A program made the position numbers and the translations under genes. Below the pieces are notes generated by a model that saw nothing but the letters and a program-made list of their open reading frames with translations, made no database searches and was not told the DNA's origin. A DNA stretch of 64,000 nt from an uncultured Dehalococcoidia bacterium (GTDB lineage: Bacteria > Chloroflexota > Dehalococcoidia > Lucifugimonadales > CATOSD01), in the NCBI GenBank assembly GCA_951812395.1, contig CATOSD010000002.1, positions 255,049 to 319,048 of the forward strand. Reading direction: 5' to 3'. The stretch's first letter is position 1; every line of letters starts with the position of its first letter. Positions 56,320 through 64,000 of the stretch are shown here, piece by piece.

Positions 56320-57465
56320 TTGAACACCGAAACCGAACAGCCGGACGCCGCCCCCGCCGCCCCCGCTCAGCGATTCCACGAACTCGACGCCCTGCGCGCC
56401 TTCGCCATGCTGCTCGGCGTCGTGCTACACGCCGCCCTCTTCTTCATGCCCGACGCCTGGTCTAAAGCCTACTCCGCCGAGGGCTATCCCGCCGAGGTCT
56501 CAGGCTTCTACACGCTCCTCTTCTACGCTATACACGGCTTCCGCATGCCCGTCTTCTTCCTGCTCAGCGGCTACTTCGCAGCGCTCCTGTGGCAACGACG
56601 TGGCCTCCGCTCGCTCGCCGTTCAGCGCCTGAAGCGAGTCGGCCTGCCGCTCGCCATCGGCGCGGTCACCGTCATCCCGGTCACCACCATCGCCTTTCTC
56701 TGGGCCTTCGACGTCTTCCAAGAGGTCGAGTTCTCGATCTTCTGGTGGCCGTTCATCTGGCTCAGCACCCTGAGCCACCTGTGGTTCCTCTGGCATCTCC
56801 TCTGGCTGTGCGGCGGATTCATCGTCGCCGCCAGGATGGGCATGAGGTTCGACCACCCCGTCGCATGGTGGCTCGCCATCCCCCTCACGCTGATACCTCA
56901 GTTCCTGATGACGGAACCCGTCTTCGGCCCCGACACGTCCGACAAGCTGACTTTCGATCCCGTCGTGCTGTCCTACTACGCGACGTTCTTCGTGTTCGGC
57001 GCGTTCATCTACCGCCGTGGCTTCCGGGTCAGCCGCTGGTGGACGCTCGCCCTCGTGCCCGCACTCACGCTGGTCTTCTGGGCCGGCCTGGCGCTGCTCT
57101 ATGACGTGAAGGAAGACTGGTCGAGGCCCCTTGCCGCCGTGGCGCAGGTCGCGTTCGCCTGGCTCATGTGCTTCGGGTTGACAGGCCTGTTCCGGCTGAT
57201 AGCCCACCGCGAGCGGTCCTGGGTTCGCTACCTCTCCGACGCTTCCTACTGGATCTACCTGTGGCGCCTGCCGTTGGTGGTGGTGGCATTCGAGATGATT
57301 GCCGGCTGGCGCATCGGCTCCCACGCGAAGTTCGCGCTCATAGTCGTGGCCGTCACCGCCGTCCTGCTCCCGCTCTACCAGGTCGCCGTGCGCTACACCG
57401 CTATCGGAACTATGCTAAACGGCCCCCGCGCCCGCCGTCCCCGACCTTCCCCCGGCCCGTTGTAG
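56320..57465 (+). CDS. Acyltransferase family 3 (OpgC/MdoC-like)
   Basis: LDALRAFAMLLGVVLH, FRMPVFFLLSG, HLWFL, SYWIYL. Confidence 0.88.
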   Translation: MNTETEQPDAAPAAPAQRFHELDALRAFAMLLGVVLHAALFFMPDAWSKAYSAEGYPAEVSGFYTLLFYAIHGFRMPVFFLLSGYFAALLWQRRGLRSLAVQRLKRVGLPLAIGAVTVIPVTTIAFLWAFDVFQEVEFSIFWWPFIWLSTLSHLWFLWHLLWLCGGFIVAARMGMRFDHPVAWWLAIPLTLIPQFLMTEPVFGPDTSDKLTFDPVVLSYYATFFVFGAFIYRRGFRVSRWWTLALVPALTLVFWAGLALLYDVKEDWSRPLAAVAQVAFAWLMCFGLTGLFRLIAHRERSWVRYLSDASYWIYLWRLPLVVVAFEMIAGWRIGSHAKFALIVVAVTAVLLPLYQVAVRYTAIGTMLNGPRARRPRPSPGPL

Positions 57466-57480
57466 GAGGCCTTCATTGTT

Positions 57481-57519
57481 TCCCTTCCCCCTCGCAGGGG
57501 GAAGGCTAGGATGGGGGTG
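57481..57519 (+). repeat. REP family A
   Basis: TCCCTTCCCCCTCGCAGGGGGAAGGCTAGGATGGGGGTG. Confidence 0.88.
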
Positions 57520-57555
57520 GCGACAGCGAACCACTAACCACCGGCCCCTCGCCCC

Positions 57556-59166
57556 TCACCGCTCGTACACCAGCTCGCCGTCCACCCACGTCTGGTCCAC
57601 GTAGATCTCCTGGATGTACTCCGCCGCCACGCTCGTCGGATCGTGGCTCAGCACCAGCAGGTCCGCCCGCTTGCCCACCTCCAGCGAACCCACCTCCGAC
57701 TCCCGCGACATGGCGTAGGCTGCGTTCGCCGTGTACATACGCAGCCCCTCTTCCGGCGTCACCGCCTCGTCCGGTCCGGCGTGCTCGCCGTCGCGAGTCC
57801 GCCGCGTCACGATGGAGTACAGACCCAGCAGCGGCTCCAGCGGCGCGCAGGGACAGTCCGAGCTCGCCGCCACCATCAGTCCCGCGTCCAGCATCGACCT
57901 GAACGGGTGCGCGCCCACTTCGCCGCCAAGCTCCGCCGCCCTCTGGACCGCCGAGTCGCCGCCCGTGTACACGAACGGCGGCTGCACCACCGGCACGACG
58001 CCCAGCGACGCCGCCCGGCGCATCTGCGGCGGCGTGGGGAAGCCGTAGTGCTCGATGCGGAACCGCGGCTCCTCCACCCGCCGATCCCTCAGCGCCGCCT
58101 CGAAGCTGTTCAGCGCCTGCTCGATGGCCCACGTCCCCAGGCAGTGAATCGCCACCTGCAGGCCGCGCCCGTGCGCGTTCACCGTCAGGGTGTCCGCCTC
58201 GTCCTGCGTGTAGTAGCGCTCGCCGATACGTTCCTCGCCGCCGTGCGGGTGGAAGCGTATCAGCGCCGCGCTAGGAAACACCGGGTCCATGAACATCTTC
58301 ATGGTGCCGCCCCGCAGCCTGTCCGAAACGTTGCCGTCGCCCAGTTCGCCCCGTGACGCCTCCTCCGGCGCGGCGAAAAACCCCTGGCCGCCGAGCATCT
58401 GGTGTACGGTCATCGGCAGCTTGCCTCTGCTCTCGGCGGCGCGGTACAGCCCGGCCGCGGTCGTCGTCACGAGCGCGTCGCCCACCGACGTTATCCCGCT
58501 CGCAAGGTGGCGCAGGCAGTTCTGGCGCACCAGCTCAGCCGCGCCGTCGTCGCCGTAGTAGTCGATGAAGTTGCGCATAGACAGGTTGTACACCGGGTCC
58601 ATCGCCCCTTCCCACAGCGTCCCGTCCGGCTCGCCGCGGTCGTCGTGCAGAATCTGGCCGTGTGACGGATCGGGCGTGTGCCTGTCAATCCCCGCGATCC
58701 CCAGCGCCGCGGAGTTCGCGTAGCAGGCGTGCACCGAGCCGTCCATCACGGACACCGGATTGTCCGGCGCGGCCTCGTCGAGCTGCCCGCGCGTGAGACG
58801 CGCGCCGTCCGGCATCATCCGGCCGCGGAACCCCCATCCCCACAGCCAGCGACCCCGCGGGGCGTCCTTCGCCGCGTTGGCGATTGCGTCCAGTATGCTG
58901 TTGACGCTCCCGTGCGGCGGCACGCTGCAGTCCACCGACACCGGCTGGAACGTCGTCAGGCTGAAGTGATTATGCGGGTCCACGAACCCCGGCATCAGCG
59001 TCCGCCCGTTCAGGCGCACCACACGTGTGTCCGGGCCGGTGAGCTTCGCAATCTCCGCGCTGGCCCCCACGGCCCGCAGCCTGCCATCCCTCACGGCAAT
59101 TGCCTCCGTCCGGCTGTTTCGCCCATCCATCGTCAGCACGTTGCCACCCGTCAGCACCAGGTCCAT
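57556..59166 (-). CDS. Amidohydrolase 3 family (YtcJ-like)
   Basis: PGFVDPHNH, AIHCLG, RIEH, SSDCP, GSLEVGKRAD. Confidence 0.9.
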   Translation of the reverse strand: MDLVLTGGNVLTMDGRNSRTEAIAVRDGRLRAVGASAEIAKLTGPDTRVVRLNGRTLMPGFVDPHNHFSLTTFQPVSVDCSVPPHGSVNSILDAIANAAKDAPRGRWLWGWGFRGRMMPDGARLTRGQLDEAAPDNPVSVMDGSVHACYANSAALGIAGIDRHTPDPSHGQILHDDRGEPDGTLWEGAMDPVYNLSMRNFIDYYGDDGAAELVRQNCLRHLASGITSVGDALVTTTAAGLYRAAESRGKLPMTVHQMLGGQGFFAAPEEASRGELGDGNVSDRLRGGTMKMFMDPVFPSAALIRFHPHGGEERIGERYYTQDEADTLTVNAHGRGLQVAIHCLGTWAIEQALNSFEAALRDRRVEEPRFRIEHYGFPTPPQMRRAASLGVVPVVQPPFVYTGGDSAVQRAAELGGEVGAHPFRSMLDAGLMVAASSDCPCAPLEPLLGLYSIVTRRTRDGEHAGPDEAVTPEEGLRMYTANAAYAMSRESEVGSLEVGKRADLLVLSHDPTSVAAEYIQEIYVDQTWVDGELVYER

Positions 59167-59190
59167 ACCGCACCTCCGTCTTGTCCCATT

Positions 59191-59302
59191 GTCATTCCGG
59201 GCCGCGCCGTCATCCCGACGCAGCCTGCGCCGTCACTCCGCCACCTCAGCACCGTCACTCCGCCACCCCTGCATTGTCATTCCGAGCGAAGCCGAGGAAT
59301 CC
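59191..59302 (+). repeat. Array of five GTCAYYCCG units ending in a family D REP
   Basis: gtcattccg / gtcatcccg / gtcactccg / gtcactccg / gtcattccgagcgaagccgaggaatc. Confidence 0.7.
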
Positions 59303-59392
59303 ACCGCACCCGCCCACGCCAGCCCCTTGACGCTGCCCGCCGCAGGATGCCATATTCTAGCCCCATGCCGACCACACCCGCCACTCTACAAA

Positions 59393-59479
59393 GTCCCCTC
59401 TCCATTGAAGGAGAGGGCCGGGGTGAGGGTGAACGAAGAATCCCTTCCCCCTCGCAGGGGGAAGGCTAGGATGGGGGTG
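59393..59479 (+). repeat. Two REP family A copies
   Basis: Copies near 59393 and 59441. Confidence 0.85.
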
Positions 59480-59499
59480 ACGCCCCCCGGAGGTCCACA

Positions 59500-60153
59500 A
59501 TGACCAGCGCCCACATCCCCGACGACGCCCCCGCATCGCGGCTGTTCCCCGAATTCGACGGCCTCTACGACCTCATCGCCCGCGAGATGGACGGCCTCAC
59601 CGATGACCAGCTCGACTTCGTATCGGACAGGTGGGAGTGGAGCGAGTGGAGCATCCGAATGCAGCTAAGCCACATGGCCTCGCTCACGTTCAGGTGGATG
59701 CTGATTCGCTGGGCCGACGTGCTGTACCCTGGCGGCCACGGCGTGGACGACGTGCGAAGCCTCGCGGACTCACCCTCCGACCGCCGGCTCGACGACGCCA
59801 TCTACCACGATCTCGGCGTGATCATGCCCAAGCTGCGTGAGGGCATCGACCTCGTGCGTTCGGTGCTCGCCGCCCACGACGCCGGATTCGCCCGCCGCGC
59901 CTCCATCGCCTACGCCGGCGGCGCGACCTGGGTGCCCATGGCGCGCGCCCATCCCACCGGCCTCACCCCCGGCGAGGACGGCGGTGAGGGCCGCATGACG
60001 CTGGAGGCCACCATCCGCCACGTCTACTTCGAAGAGACGACCCACCTATACAACATCCAGCGCCTCAAGCGCGCGCAGGGCCTGGACACGGTCGTGGACG
60101 TTCCCCGCGTGGGCTACTGGGTCCTGCCCGGATGGGACAGAAGCGAGCCTTAG
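59500..60153 (+). CDS. DinB-like family protein
   Basis: WSIRMQLSHMA ... RHVYFEETTHLYNIQRLK; GGAGG RBS. Confidence 0.7.
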   Translation: MTSAHIPDDAPASRLFPEFDGLYDLIAREMDGLTDDQLDFVSDRWEWSEWSIRMQLSHMASLTFRWMLIRWADVLYPGGHGVDDVRSLADSPSDRRLDDAIYHDLGVIMPKLREGIDLVRSVLAAHDAGFARRASIAYAGGATWVPMARAHPTGLTPGEDGGEGRMTLEATIRHVYFEETTHLYNIQRLKRAQGLDTVVDVPRVGYWVLPGWDRSEP

Positions 60154-60222
60154 CGGGGTCCTACCGAAGCCCCTTCGCCCGGAACTTTAGGGGCCGGTTT
60201 CAAACCTGCCCGCCGGCGCTCA

Positions 60223-60264
60223 GTCCCTTCCCTCTTGATGGGGGAAGGTCAGGATGGGGGTGAA
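60223..60264 (+). repeat. REP family A overlapping the peptidase stop codon
   Basis: GTCCCTTCCCTCTTGATGGGGGAAGGTCAGGATGGGGGTGAA. Confidence 0.8.
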
Positions 60265-61451
60265 GGGTCGCTCCCCCACTCCCGCGCCGTCGCCGCCATC
60301 CGCTCACGCACTTCCTGACCCACGTCCGGCAGCCTGCGCTCAGCCGTCGCGCCGCCCGACCCCCGCATCGCCTCCGCCATCAACTCCACACCGCCCAGGA
60401 AGTCGGGAAGGGCGATGAACTCCGCACCCACGCCCCCGTCGGCGTCCCGCAGGTCCGTCGTCGCGTTGTGGTAATTGCCCAGTGGGAAGGCGATCCCAGT
60501 CACGCTGTACCCGTACATCGCGAACGCCGTTCCCTCGCACGTGCCCCCACTCATAAGCTGCCTCTGACATCGGAAGTCCGGGTCGCGCTCCAGGATGCGC
60601 TGCCGCGCGTCGATCAGCGCCAGCTCCGCGCGTCCGTCGAACGTGCTCATCGCGTCCCCCGTGCGTATCACCGGCCCCCGGCTCTGCGCTACTCCCGGTA
60701 TCACCGGGCTCGACTCAATCGAAACCGCCAGTGCATCAGCCGGAAGCGTGCCCGCCTGCGCCATCAGCCGAGCGCCGAACAAGCCGCCCTCCTCGCCGCG
60801 CGTGAACACCGCGAATACGTCCGCGTCCGCGCCCTCGTTCGCCAGCCGTTCCACCGCCGCCAGGATGCTCGCGCAGCCCGCCAGGTCGTCCAGCGCCCTC
60901 ATGCGAATCGTGTCGCCGTCCAGCTCGAAGTCCGGCAGATCGAACACCACCGCCACCGGCGGCGCCACCTCGATCTCCTCCGCCAGCGTCGCCACCACAA
61001 GTCGGTCCGCCCCGTCGCGTGCCGGCCCGTCATAGGGTGTCAGCCCGCACGGCACGCGCCGCCCCCCGGGCAGCAGCGCCAGCGCCGCCGTCGGCTTGGC
61101 GAGTGACGCCGCCGGCACGCCGCCGAGCGCCCGCGCGACATAGCGCCGTCCGGCCCCCTCGATTAACTCGAACCCGGGATGGTCCATGTGCGCGACGAAC
61201 GCGATGGGCCGCCGGCCGTCCTGGTTGTCGGGATGGGCGTATCGCGCCAGCACGTTGCCGAACTCGTCCCGCCACGGCTCAAGCCCGCTCTCCCGCAGCG
61301 TGCTCTCCACGCTCTCGGCGACTCCCCGCTCATGGAACGGCGCCGCCGGCCGCGCGCCGAGCCGCGCCAGTATCTCCAGCGCCCTCTCGTCCTCGCGCCG
61401 CGAGATGAGGCCGTGCCGGCGTTCGGCCGCCGCATCCCCGTCGGAGCTCAA
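60249..61451 (-). CDS. M42/M20/M28 family metallopeptidase
   Basis: AHMDH, RALDDLAG, RGEEGG, GGTCE, NYH. Confidence 0.85.
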   Translation of the reverse strand: MSSDGDAAAERRHGLISRREDERALEILARLGARPAAPFHERGVAESVESTLRESGLEPWRDEFGNVLARYAHPDNQDGRRPIAFVAHMDHPGFELIEGAGRRYVARALGGVPAASLAKPTAALALLPGGRRVPCGLTPYDGPARDGADRLVVATLAEEIEVAPPVAVVFDLPDFELDGDTIRMRALDDLAGCASILAAVERLANEGADADVFAVFTRGEEGGLFGARLMAQAGTLPADALAVSIESSPVIPGVAQSRGPVIRTGDAMSTFDGRAELALIDARQRILERDPDFRCQRQLMSGGTCEGTAFAMYGYSVTGIAFPLGNYHNATTDLRDADGGVGAEFIALPDFLGGVELMAEAMRGSGGATAERRLPDVGQEVRERMAATAREWGSDPSPPS

Positions 61452-61639
61452 TTCTCGTCGTCCTTGTCCAACAGATGGTCCACCAGCCGCTCAGCCCAGT
61501 CCCGCAGGTTGTCCTCGATGTCGGATCCGCACCGGGGACAGTCCAGGTCGCCGAATCGCAGCCGCGTACCGCACCGGTTGCAGCTCTCGACGTCGTACAG
61601 GCTGTTCACAACCATCTGAATCTGCTCTTCCGTAGCCAT
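61448..61639 (-). CDS. Small zinc-ribbon protein
   Basis: CNRC...CPRC; its stop overlaps the peptidase start. Confidence 0.65.
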   Translation of the reverse strand: MATEEQIQMVVNSLYDVESCNRCGTRLRFGDLDCPRCGSDIEDNLRDWAERLVDHLLDKDDEN

Positions 61640-61784
61640 ATGGAGTGTTTCCCCAGTCAAAAGTTCTTGAGACTCTAAGGCCGGCAAAAGCGAGCGTACC
61701 CGCCTCCCGGCCACCCACTAATGATACTTGCCAGATTCAAGCGTGACAATTCCCCCACCAACCGAGCGCACGTCGCCTCTCCGA

Positions 61785-61903
61785 GTCTCTCCCCCCCGCA
61801 GCGGAAAGGCTAGCGCCCGCCCTGAGCGTGTCGAAGGGATGGACGTGAACGGTCCCCCCAGTCACTTTGCCCTCGCAGGGGGAAGGTCAGGATGGGGGTG
61901 AAG
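61785..61903 (+). repeat. Two REP family A copies; the first carries a nested 24-nt module (61814-61837)
   Basis: GGCTAG|CGCCCGCCCTGAGCGTGTCGAAGG|GATGG. Confidence 0.8.
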
Positions 61904-61957
61904 GCAGCCACCGCCCACTGGCCACTGACCCACTGACCAACCTGCTAAACTACCATC

Positions 61958-63046
61958 GTGACCACCCACAACGACATCCCCTTTCCCCCCGTCGGCCCCC
62001 GCGACCGCCGACGCCTCCTCTCCGGCGTCCTCCCCCGTGTGTCCAGGGCGTTCTACCTCACCATTCGCGTTCTGCCCGGCCCGCTCCGCACGTCCATCGG
62101 CCTCGCATACCTCCTCGCCCGCGCCGCCGACACCATCGCCGACTCCCGCGCCGCAACGCCCACCAGCCGCCTCGTCGCGCTGCGCCGCTTCCGCGCCACG
62201 ATCGCGCGTCCAGCCGGCGCCGATGACGCCCGCGCGCTGGCCACCCTCGCCGCCCGATTCGCCGCCACAGACGCCGAACGCGCCCTCGCCGACTCGATGC
62301 CCACGCAGCTCTCCCTGCTTGACTCGCTCTCGGAAGACGACGCCGCCCGCATCCGAGCCGTCGTCACCACGCTCACGCGAGGCATGGAGGTCGACCTGAC
62401 CGACTTTCCAGACGAGGCCGCCGCCGCACCCGCCGCGCTCCGCACGTTCGACGACCTGGACCATTACACATACCTCGTCGCCGGATGCGTCGGCGAGTTC
62501 TGGACCGACACCTGTGTCGCCAATACGCCCGCCCTCTCCGGCTGGGACGTGCCCCGAATGTCGAGACTCGGCGTCGCATTCGGCAAGGCGCTCCAGCTCA
62601 CAAACGTCCTCCGCGACGTCCCCGCCGACCTCCGCGCCGGCCGCTGCTACCTGCCCGCCGACTGGCTCGCCGACGAGGGCCTCGTCCCCGCCGACCTCCT
62701 CGACCCCGCCAACTCGAACCGCGCCCGGCCCGTGCTCGCCCGCGCTCTCCGCGACGCTCTAGTGCACTACCGCGACGCCGAGACCTACGCCCTCGCCATC
62801 CCCCGCCGCTGCGTCCGACTCCGCCTCGCCGTCCTCTGGCCCGCCCTCATGGGACTCGCCACCCTCGCCCTCATCGCCCGCAACCCCCGCTGGCTCGACC
62901 CGTCCCGCCCCTCCAAGGTCACCCGCGCCTGGGTCTACCGCACCATGGCCCTCTCCCTCCTCACCGTCGCCTCCAACTCAGCCCTCCGCCGCTGGTTTCA
63001 CCGCCTCCGCACCCGCATTGAAGTCCCTCCCCCCTCGATGGACTGA
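61958..63046 (+). CDS. Squalene/phytoene synthase family protein
   Basis: VSRAF, RAADTIAD, YTYLVAGCVG, LQLTNVLRDVPAD, GRCYLP. Confidence 0.9.
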   Translation: MTTHNDIPFPPVGPRDRRRLLSGVLPRVSRAFYLTIRVLPGPLRTSIGLAYLLARAADTIADSRAATPTSRLVALRRFRATIARPAGADDARALATLAARFAATDAERALADSMPTQLSLLDSLSEDDAARIRAVVTTLTRGMEVDLTDFPDEAAAAPAALRTFDDLDHYTYLVAGCVGEFWTDTCVANTPALSGWDVPRMSRLGVAFGKALQLTNVLRDVPADLRAGRCYLPADWLADEGLVPADLLDPANSNRARPVLARALRDALVHYRDAETYALAIPRRCVRLRLAVLWPALMGLATLALIARNPRWLDPSRPSKVTRAWVYRTMALSLLTVASNSALRRWFHRLRTRIEVPPPSMD

Positions 63047-63070
63047 CAAGGGTAGGTGTCCTTCAACTTA

Positions 63071-63337
63071 TCCCTTCCTCCCTTGGCAGGGGAAGGTCGC
63101 AAAGAGTCCCTTCCCCCTCGCAGGGGGAAGGTTAGGATGGGGGCGCCAAAGCCCCCTCTCCTCCCTGTCATTCCGAGCGCAGCCGAGGAATCTAAACCAC
63201 CCCCGCCGTGCCCGCTCTCCCTGTGTTAGAATGCCGCCACACAGTAAAGCCACCGCAAAGAGTCCCTTCCTCCCTTGGCAGCGGAAGGTCGCAAAGAGTC
63301 CCTTCCCCCTCGCAGGGGGAAGGTTAGGATGGGGGTG
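63071..63337 (+). repeat. 73-bp direct repeats of family A doublets flanking a family D REP and a promoter
   Basis: 63071-63143 and 63263-63335 differ at one base. The spacer holds GTCATTCCGAGCGCAGCCGAGGAATCT and TGTTAGAAT. Confidence 0.9.
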
Positions 63338-63340
63338 AAA

Positions 63341-64000
63341 ATGACCACGCAAGCAACCCAGACCGCAACCACCTACTTCCCCGGCCCAGGCGCCGACTGG
63401 GAACGCCGCACGCCTGAGCAGGTCGGCATGGACCCCGACCTGCTCCAGAAGGCCATCGACTACTCCAACGAATCCTCCCGCGAGGGCCACCTCCGTGACC
63501 TCGCCGAGCAGATCCGTCAGAACAACGCCAACAAGCAGTACGACGACGGCGTCACCCTCGGGCCCACCAAGACCCGCGGCGCCGTCACCGGCGTCGTCCT
63601 CCGCAACGGCTACCTCGTCGCCGAGTGGGGCGAGCCCGAACGCGTCGACATGACCTTCAGCGTGACCAAGAGTTTCCTTTCCACCGTCGCCGGCCTCGCC
63701 TACGACCGCGGCCTCATCCGCGACGTCCACGACAAGGTCGCCGACTACGTGGACGACGGCGGCTACGACTCCCCCCACAACGCCAAGATCACATGGGACC
63801 ACTCCCTGCGACAGATCAGCGAGTGGGACGGCGCCCTGTGGGACAAGCACTACTCCGCCGGCAACCACGAAGACCTGTTCCGTCCCGTAGAGGAGCCCGG
63901 CGCCGCCTACGAGTACAACGACGTCCGCGTCAACCGCTTCTCGCTCTCCCTCCTCCGCGTCTGGAAGCGCCCCCTGCCCGAGGTGCTCAAGGAGCACGTC
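63341..64000 (+). CDS. Serine hydrolase, beta-lactamase class C-like (3'-truncated by window edge)
   Basis: Translated by hand: MTTQATQ...WERRTPEQVGMD...FSVTKS (SxxK)...YEYND (YxN). It has no stop in the window, so it is absent from the ORF track. Confidence 0.88.
   Translation, partial: MTTQATQTATTYFPGPGADWERRTPEQVGMDPDLLQKAIDYSNESSREGHLRDLAEQIRQNNANKQYDDGVTLGPTKTRGAVTGVVLRNGYLVAEWGEPERVDMTFSVTKSFLSTVAGLAYDRGLIRDVHDKVADYVDDGGYDSPHNAKITWDHSLRQISEWDGALWDKHYSAGNHEDLFRPVEEPGAAYEYNDVRVNRFSLSLLRVWKRPLPEVLKEHV

Noticed and set aside
59191-59302. CRISPR-like periodic array
   Set aside because: The repeats are only 9 nt, the spacers are short and related to each other, and there are no cas genes.
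831-63997. Many long antisense or alternate-frame ORFs (e.g. 831-2072, 10134-11498, 27850-29145, 43950-45257, 50877-52100, 63068-63997)
   Set aside because: They are shadow ORFs typical of high-GC DNA, overlap well-supported genes, and carry no recognisable motifs.

Overview
GC-rich bacterial chromosomal window with about 57 protein-coding genes. It is most consistent with a Chloroflexota (Dehalococcoidia/SAR202-like) genome, possibly a sponge symbiont; this is inferred from the gene repertoire (Uma2, NHL, RCC1 and TPR repeat proteins, duplicated phosphotriesterases, CocE, FAH). Housekeeping genes include queC, fabF, folC, pcrA, speD/speE, xseAB, efp, aroQ, xerC, uppP, a phoBR-like pair and rnd. 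Accessory cargo includes an OLD-like ATPase with a degenerate TOPRIM site, a DUF3800 pseudogene and a NYN RNase pseudogene (each with a structured RNA leader, duplicated in the NYN case), a HipA-like kinase/HIRAN pair, and a BacNav-type channel with a TLDDW filter. The strongest non-coding signal is a set of short palindromic repeats. About 25 copies of one family nearly all point the same way. A 24-nt module sits inserted inside other repeats at five sites. Two 27-nt palindromes lie in frame inside xerC and uppP, and there is a ~137-bp MITE. A ~150-nt orphan sRNA candidate is transcribed divergently from xerC. I found no tRNA, rRNA, CRISPR array or transposase gene. All calls come from reading motifs by eye; no database searches were run.
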